From: Batkoa obscura
Taxonomy: Eukaryota
Direction of reading: 5' to 3'
Assembly (NCBI GenBank): GCA_030770535.1
Contig: JASVEC010000018.1
Span: 620,001-684,000 of the forward strand
Length of the DNA stretch: 64,000 nt
Both the position numbers and the translations under genes were made by a program. Below the pieces are notes generated by a model. The model was not told the DNA's origin. It worked only from the letters and a program-made list of their open reading frames with translations, and did no database searches. Positions 55,801-64,000 of this stretch are shown piece by piece (the stretch's first letter is position 1; each line of letters opens with the position of its first letter).

Positions 55801-57669
55801 TTAATAATCTTTCATTCTAGATTGATTATGATGTTGATTATGAGGTAACATATGTTGAGGAATATTTTGCAAATGATAAGCTTGATTCAATTGCAATTGA
55901 TTTGGATTAAAATGAGGATTATTGATATTGGGATGAATATTTGCATTAAACATTTGAGGTGGAAGGTTTTGTTGTTGTTGATGTAAATGAGGATTATTTT
56001 GTAAATGATGAGCTTGTAGATTCATCATTTGAACTTGTTGCTGATTTAATCCTAGATTTAAATGAGCTTGTGGTAAATAATTTCCATTCATTCCTCCTCC
56101 TCCATGTATATGTCCTGGTGTTATTGTTGTATTATTATTTGGATTGTATCCCATAGCTAAATTTTGTTTATACATCTGTTGTGGATTCATAACTCCCATT
56201 GGTCCATTCGATGGATTATTTGGATTTCCTATGGGACCATATGTATTATCAACTAAATGATGATTATTGTTATTGATCACTTGTTCTTTAGTATAACTAA
56301 TTTGATTGATATTATACACTTGTCTTGTTTCAAATGTATCATTACCAAAAGCTACCCTTTCAATTCTTGTTTCCCAATTCCTTGGATGAAACACTTCAAA
56401 TATGTCTGAATTTTCATTTTGTCGACTTGTTAGTTCATTATTCTCGACTCGCATCATCCATAATTGACGTTTAATATGATACCTCCAACCTCGACTATGC
56501 CTTTAAATTTATTATTATTAAATCTATTATTATTGTTATTAATTCAAATACTTACAATTCATGAGCAGCTCCTTCTTGCATTAAATCTCTTGGCATCGTA
56601 TAAAATATATAAAATAATGTTCGATCTTTATATCTTTTAATATGTTTCATTGGAGATACCATTGGATGATTATCTTGAAAATCTTTAGGTAATTCATTAT
56701 CCGGTATTTTAGATAAACCGCTATAAGTAGAAGGTTCTAATATCCAAGGAGATAGTAATGTATTAAAAATGGGTCTAATTAAAATAAGATAGTATTAATA
56801 AGTTTTATATAAAATTATTATTATTGTTGAAACTTACCTAGGATCATTTAAATTTAATTTAGCGGATTCTAGGGGTATCCCAGTAGCCAAAAAATATTCT
56901 GTTTTTTCTTTTTTATTATATAAAATATCTAAAATTTTTGGTAATCCATACTTTTCTTCAGGCTTTAGTGGCAGTGTTTCCTTAATAACTTCTTTTTTAT
57001 TATTCTTCTGTTTATTTTGCCCCTATTGAATTATGTATCTGTTAATAAGTTATAATAAAATTTAACAAGTTTCTTTTTTTTCTACCTGAGCTTGAGTTTC
57101 TATTGTATACCGTGGTTGATTACGTGTATCTAGTTTATGATGAATTTGATACTCATTTCATTTGAAAACAATAAAAATCTTACTTTTACCCCCTTGTTCC
57201 GATGTAGTAGCTATCATATTCGAGTTATTCAACTGTTTTTGAGTTGGAGTGGTTTTGTCATTAATCATACCACTGGGTTTAGGTTGAATTTGATGGGACG
57301 AAGCTCTTTGCAACGGTAAAGCAGGAAAGTCTTCTTGCCTTGTAACTCTAGATTGTCTATAAGCTTGGGCGTTTGGTAAATCAGTATGAACTCCATTGGT
57401 TTCTTTACTTTTATTCAATTCACTATTGATGGAAGTATCTGAATAAGACTGTAATTGAGCTGCATACCCTTGTGGACTATTCCGTAAATTGGCTTGGTTA
57501 ATGACAGAAGACCAATTGGCTTTTGAAATAGTATTAACAAATAGATGATGCAGAATTAAATGCTTTTAAATACCTTTTGGTGCCTGGTTTTTCGCTTTGT
57601 TTGGCATTCCTGGATATTCAATCAATAAATTTCAAAATACAATAAATAATAAATAATACCTCTTTGCAT
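55801..57669 (-). CDS. NOT2: CCR4-NOT subunit Not2/Cdc36-like (NOT2/3/5 domain), multi-exon
   Basis: QEDFPALP motif, KYGL..IL, LATGIPL...LNLN, RTLFYIFYTMPRDLMQEGAAHEL|HSRGWRYH...LWM, FHPRNWE. Confidence 0.85.
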
Positions 57670-58013
57670 GATTTTGATAAAATGGAAAGAGAATCGTATT
57701 AGTAACAGTTTTGTATACAACTTTTTTTTATTTTTATTCTATTATAAAAAAAATCAGTTTTTAACAAGATAAAAAATTTTTTTTATTGACTTACGTTATT
57801 TTATCTAACTTAACTTAAATTAGGAATGTTAACTATAGAACTTATTAATTAGTGTCGTTTTTAAGCAAATCTTTTAGAAAAAATTCAAAGTTTTAGCCCA
57901 ATATTTTATAAATCAAATTATGTGTATTCCAGTAAAAACATTTTTTTAAAATAAAATTTTGAATCAATTATTGGTTTATCTTTCTTATTGTTTTTTTAAT
58001 AATATAAAAATCA

Positions 58014-60440
58014 ATGTCAGGATTATCCAATATACTAAATGGGCATATTCAACATGATCCTATTAAAGAGGAAAGAATAGATAAAGGAGTTGGATTAAAA
58101 AATGGGAAGAAAAAAGAATATAAAAAGAAACGTCGACCAAAGAAAAAGAAGGAAGTTGAAGTAAAAAGTAATCAAAACCAAGTTTCAAAAAAAGTAATTA
58201 ATTTTAAATTGATTTCGCTTAAATAATAATTAATAATTTATAAGGAAGATGAAGAAGAAAAAGATATTGAGATTGTATATGTTGGTGAAGAAATAGATAT
58301 ACCAAAAGAAGATCCTAATTATGAAGAGTTTTCAAAAATATTTAATAAATTTTCTGGAAAAGAAGAGGTTGAACAAGAAGAGGTAATTATTTTTCTTAAG
58401 ATTAAGATAAATGGATGTTTAGAAGTAATATAGGTAATAATTGAAGAATCCAACAAAGACAAAGGAAGCTCTGATGATAGTGATAACTCTGATGAAGAAA
58501 CTGATGAAAATGGAACTATATCAAAGAAAAAATTAAGAAAGTTAAATAGGATGAGTATTGCAGAATTAAAACAGACGGCTAAAAAACCGGAAGTGGTAGA
58601 GGTATCTTATTTTTTAAGAATATAGTTATATTAGATTAAACTAATACTTTTTTAAAGTGGGTAGATGTAACTGCTAGTGATCCTCAATTACTTGTACACC
58701 TTAAATCGTACCGTAATACTATACCAATACCTAAACATTGGTCGCAAAAAAGAAAATATTTACAAGGTAAAAGGGGTATTGAAAAACCACCTTTTGAACT
58801 TCCAGGTGAGTTAATATCAATATGATGTAAATAATAATATTTAATGACTATAATAAAATTCTTTTATAGATTTTATCAAAGCGACTGGTATTATGGAAAT
58901 GCGAGATTCAACTAATGAAAAAGAAGAAACTGCTACATTAAAACAAAAAGCAAGAGCTAAAATGCATCCCAAAATGGGTAAATTAGATATTGATTATCAA
59001 CGTTTACATGACGCTTTTTTTCGATTTCAAACTAAACCTTATTTAACTAAACATGGAGAATTGTAAGTTTTATTAATATTTCTGCATAACTTCGTATATG
59101 AATAACTAATCAATCAATTTTTTTCTTTTTACGTATAACTTAGGTATTATGAAGGTCGTGAATTTGAAACTAAATTTAAAGAAAGAAAACCTGGAGATTT
59201 ATCAGAAAGTTTAAAAGCAGCATTAAATATGCCACCGTTAGCTCCACCTCCTTGGTTATTAAATATGCAACGTTATGGACCACCACCATCCTATCCTAAT
59301 TTAACTATTCCAGGGCTAAATGCACCAATTCCGGAAGGGTAAATTATTTTATTTTTTTAAAATTTTTAATTTATTAATTTTATTTAGGGCTATGTGGGGA
59401 TATCATCCAGGTGGTTGGGGTAAACCTCCAGTAGATGAAGTAAGTGTTATATCATTGATTGATGAACTGATATTTAATTTTCTTAGTTTAATCGTCCACT
59501 CTATGGTGATGTTTTTGGTACCAGTGCATTAGAGGGTATTAATGAGGTAATTACAATAATGTTCAAATTAACTATTTTATTTAATTTTATAATATAGAAT
59601 TATGAACCTATTGATAGAACATTATGGGGAGATATGGAATCAGAAGAAGAAGGTAAAATAGCATGTACAATAAAATGTAATTTTTATTTTAAATTTCTAT
59701 TTTTTACAGTTGAAGAAGAAGAAGAAGAAGAAGAAGAAGAAGAAAAGGTGGAAGAAGAAGAAGAGGAAGGGGGAAATGAAACAACTGCTGATGGTGAACG
59801 ACTTGATGGTATGGAAACGCCAAGTACTGTTGTTAGTGGATTTGAAACGCCATTAGATATTGAATTACGCAAAGATATTAGAAGGTAAATCACTATAAAT
59901 TGATATATAAAATAGAATAGCTATTAATTCTACTAATTTTTTTAGGGTCGAAGAAGATAATAGTACCAAGGAATTATTTAGTATTATACAACAAAAAGAT
60001 ACACAAATATCAGGTTTTATGGGATCACAATATAAATATGAGTTAGGTGGTAAACTTGGACAAGATAGTAACACCAAAGTAAGAGTCCAGCTTTCTTGAT
60101 TTAATTTTGTATAAATCATTTTAATATTAATTTATATATATTAGCGTCGCAAAATGGGAGATATTGAAGTAGCTTTAGATCCCTCTGAAATGGATAAATT
60201 TAATGATAAAAATTATTTACAATCGAAATATAATGGGGCTGTTAAGGTAAATTGATAATAATAACAATAGCTAAGTATTGTATTTATATTTTATTATTTT
60301 TGTTTTAGGAAAAAAATCAATCGATTGCTAAAGAAGATCTTGGTGATATGGCAGCCGAGCATATAGCTAATGTGGATCGTAAACGTAAAGCTAAAGCAGA
60401 GCAAAATGCTAAAGATAAAGCGAATAAATTCAAATTTTAA
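58014..60440 (+). CDS. SF3B2: Splicing factor 3B subunit 2 (SAP145/Cus1), multi-exon
   Basis: SIAELKQ..KKPEVVE|WVDVTASDP, PKHWSQKRKYLQGKRGIEKPPFELP, PKMGKLDIDYQRLHDAFF, PPPWLLNMQRYGPPPSYP, WGYHPGGWGKPP; ends KFKF. Confidence 0.95.
59712..59743 (+). repeat. (GAA)n coding microsatellite (poly-Glu)
   Basis: About 10 perfect GAA units in an SF3B2 exon. Confidence 0.9.
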
Positions 60441-60551
60441 GATATTAATAGTTAAAATATCCATGTTTGCTATATTAAATTGAACAATAAATTGACTTAT
60501 AATTCTTATTTTGTTATCGTTGTTGATTTGAGTAAATATTTAATGGATTAA

Positions 60552-60866
60552 TGAGGGTATACCCTTGTATTTAAGAATTTTATTAACAATTTTTCCGTTC
60601 AAATAGGTCTTAAAAGATAGAAAGAGTAATGAAACCAAAAAAACATTCCCACTTTAATATATAGGAATGTTTTTTTTGGCTTTATTATTTTTTTTAATTT
60701 TTAATTTTTTAAGTGGTGTTTGAGTAAAATAATTATTAGTAAAGCTCTTAAACAAAAAACACATTCCCATATGGAGATTTTTCTTTTTCTTTAAGAGATT
60801 TACTAACATGTTTTCCGCTCAATAGTGCTTAGAGAATGGAAAAAATAAGCCAAAAAGACATCCTTG
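60552..60866. mobile_element. Cluster of three MITE copies (+ 60552-60651, - 60662-60769, + 60772-60866)
   Basis: Each carries the family core and TIR remnants; copies 2 and 3 abut at ACATTCCCA-TA-TGGAGAT. Confidence 0.8.
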
Positions 60867-61582
60867 TATTATAGTATGAAGATTACTTTTAAAGAGTATT
60901 TTTATAGTTAGTTTAAAGCTTTACAAAGGTAACGGAAATGAATATATAAATTCAAATTCTATTTTAATCAGTTTTAATATTAAAACTGAATGGGATTTTA
61001 TAGCTTAATTGAAATCTGCCACTTTTATTAAAATATTCAAATTTGGCTTTATTTTTGCAAAAGCCAGGTTTAATTTCAACTGAACATCAAAGTTAGCTAA
61101 AGTAAAAAAAGGCTAATAAAACAATGTTTAAAAAGTAAGAATAATTTTTTATTAAAAGATTTGGCTTCATTTACATGCAATGTTATGTCTTTGTTCAAAA
61201 GCACTTTAAACTTTACCTTTACATTACATTACCTTATCTTTTATTTCATTCTTTTTATTCAATAATATCTACAATTCTGAGTTGAATTTAAAAATAAAAT
61301 ATTTTATATGTTAAAACTCATCAAAGCAATAAAACATTTCTTTATTTTTTAAAAAATATTTAAACAAGTATTAAAAAACATTACAATTGTATGCTTTTTT
61401 TGTATACTAAAAAAATGGATATAAAAGCGAGAGAGAACTTAGAACATTAGTAAACTAAATACACGGATAATAAATTTTATAAATTAATAAAAATAAAATA
61501 TTTAAAAGAAAAAAATCAACCATTATTTTTTATACACATGTCAATCTCTTATAAAATCAACTCAATAAAAATGTAATTTGGA

Positions 61583-64000
61583 TTATTTTGATTTTTCATA
61601 TTCTTCTTTTTTAGCTACTAATTTTTTAGCATAATCAATAACAAACCCTTTCACCATTTTTTTTAATGCTTCATTCATTATTCTCATTCGTCCTTCTTTA
61701 TAACATTCTTGTCGCATCTCTTTGGTAACTAAACTTGTTGTCATCTATTTAAAAAATTAATTAAAAATTCTTGAAAAATTGACTATCAAGCTCACCCTTT
61801 CAGCATGTTTTTTAAAAAATTCTTTTTCAAAATATTTATAATATGGGTTAAAATAATGCACCACTACTTTTGCAATCTAAATAGCAATGATTAATATGTT
61901 AAATTATAGATTCATGTTAATCAACATACCATATTTTTACATCTAGATTTTAGTTCATCTTGAGTATAAGCTTTTTCGGATATTTCAAATTTACATACAC
62001 TTTTATCTCTAGCATCCATCGATTTGTATTGCTTATTATCTATCTCATTTTCTTCTATTTCTGTTAAATCCGAATATTTATATTTCCGTATTTTATTACT
62101 TTCTCCTATGTTTTTATACTCCAACTTTCCTAAACTACCCTCTTTTGGTGATTTTACTGAGCTTAGTAAATATTCACATGAGTTGGTAGCCTGTCTTTTA
62201 GCGGGCGATGCCTTATACTCTTTTCCTTGGTTTTTAATACTAATTTCAGTTGTATACTCACTGTTTTTAACAGATATTAAAGGATAACTTCCTTTCTTTT
62301 CATCATATATATTTGTTTGATTTAAATCAGTAATAGGAGTAGAAGTAGGTAATGAACAAGGAGTATTAACAGATGAAGGAGCATGACCATTTCCAGAATA
62401 GTAATTGTAATAATCCATATTAAGGGAAGTTTGTGGTAGATAATTATAATTCATAGGATAGTTTAGATTATGAGGAATATTTTCTTCATTTTTTGGTTTA
62501 TCCCACCTTGTCATCCTAGTAACTGAATGGTAATAGTAAGGTTGACCTGTTGGTGCTATAGCTTGACACCAACCAGGTGGGAGGTCATTTGTTGTAGGAG
62601 CTATAGGTTGATGAGGTGCTTCATGATGGTTATGTATAAAAGTGTGTGGGACTTGACCAGTGTAGTTAATATTATAAGGTGGAATTGAAGTACTATGTGC
62701 CAATGCTGGATTTATAGCAGGATGTGTACTTGTCCCTTGAGAATAGCTGTTGTATGCCCAAGGGGTGCTAACTGGGAATGCTCCATTTTGTAATGGTGGT
62801 TGGAAGTAATTGATAATATTAGGATTGACAATAGAGCTAGTATTTAATGGGATTTGATCAGCTTTGGAGTTTGGATTGACTTTAGTAGTATTTACTTTAG
62901 AAGAGGGTGTATCATTGAGATTTGATGAAGCCTCCTGCTCATTTTCAGTTTTAAGCTCTTCTTCATCTACGAATTGAGACCTGATTAGTATATTAGTGCT
63001 TTTAAGTGTATTAAATAAATGGTATTTAAGAGAGGAGGTAGATTGAGCATTGAGTGCTATAGTGGATGATTGAGAACCATCGACGTTATTTGCATTAGAA
63101 TCTTGATTTGATAGACCCTTATTCTTCAAGGAATCACCAGATGGAGAAGGTTCAACAAGTAAATCCTCCCATCTACGTATATTCCCTTTGATATGTTCAC
63201 CAGTTTGACTGCATACTTTTAATTCTGAAGGATCTTGAGGTGTACCAGGGCCATTTGAATCCGCATTAAGCAAAGCCGCCTTAACATGAAAGGGTGAATT
63301 CTGGGCAGATAATTGAGAATCAGTTATTGAAAATTTCTTCAGAAGCAAGCTAGGGCTATCGCTTTCACCTTGTATGGTAGCTACAGCACTTGACACATCC
63401 ACTTTTTGTAGTCGAGGGATGATGTATTTAAGTGGCAATGGATCCCATTTTAAAAGCAATCGATTTGCTTTTGATTTGATCTCTGGGGAGCATGTTTCTA
63501 TGTTGGTTTCTAAAGTTTCAAATATTTTCAAATCGACTAATTTGTTTTTGTTCATGATAGGAAGCATATCTAGTACATCTAATAATCCATCGAATATGAT
63601 GTCGTCATCCTTAAACAATTCAAGCAAAGCTTTAAGTGACGTGAGGCCATGTAGCCTTAAGAATGTCTTCAAATACTTTTTATCTTCGGTTAGTTTCATC
63701 TTTTTAATTAACATAAGCGCCCTATTTGTGTTTTTATCCTCTTGGCTTATCCTCATTAATAAACTAGCTAATTTTGAAACCTCATCATCACTACATAAAC
63801 CACGATGTTTGGATTCTATTTCATCCTCATCAGAATTCTCAAAGCCTCTAAGCTCAGTCTGTTTCTCTCCGCCTAATATACCTTTGCAGTTTGGTTCGCC
63901 ACAATAGCAGATTTGTGCTTCAGCGCCATATCGTTCAAATTGGTAATCAAAAGTTAACTCTTCACCTTTTTTTATAGCTCTTTTCGAGAAGATTCCAATC
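61583..64000 (-). CDS. SET2: Histone H3K36 methyltransferase Set2, 3' part (5' end beyond window)
   Basis: End of SET and post-SET (GEELTFDYQFERYGAEAQICYCGEPNCKGILGG), TFIIS-N-like helical region, WW domain (LPPGW...GQPYYYHSVTRMTRWDKP), spliced C-terminal SRI-like domain ending VKGFVIDYAKK. Confidence 0.93.

Noticed and set aside
63374..63907. 177-aa plus-strand ORF
   Set aside because: Antisense shadow of SET2.

Overview
AT-rich, gene-dense eukaryotic nuclear DNA with many short (about 45-70 nt) GT-AG introns. It is from a fungus that has mtDNA (RPO41, COX16, MSW1, a PPR protein). It is most likely an early-diverging lineage; an entomophthoralean zoopagomycete such as Conidiobolus/Neoconidiobolus is my inference, not shown by the sequence. 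I support 22 protein genes: DHX16/Prp2-like helicase (5' part), RRP15, KIN4-like kinase, MFSD1-like transporter, GLTP/HET-C2, COX16, RPO41, CCZ1, a mitochondrial carrier, a SPRY protein, a MARCH5-like E3, MSW1, DES1, a C2H2 factor, SEC7/BIG, a PPR protein, two secreted surface proteins, a Mad1-like coiled-coil protein, a SAS-4/CPAP TCP-domain protein, NOT2, SF3B2/CUS1, plus SET2 (3' part). There is also one tRNA-Leu(UAG) and about 12 copies of a ~100-bp TA-flanked MITE. The most notable items are: (1) a small, heavily spliced SAS-4/CPAP-type centriole-assembly gene, mostly invisible in the ORF track, in a probably non-flagellated fungus and convergent with a truncated Mad1-like gene; (2) the MITE family, which repeatedly forms inverted pairs, one with 78 bp of perfect identity around ~600 bp of decayed cargo; (3) a mucin-like protein with a recent 363-bp duplication and a CBM19-like tail. 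Gene models were spliced by eye and spans include introns.
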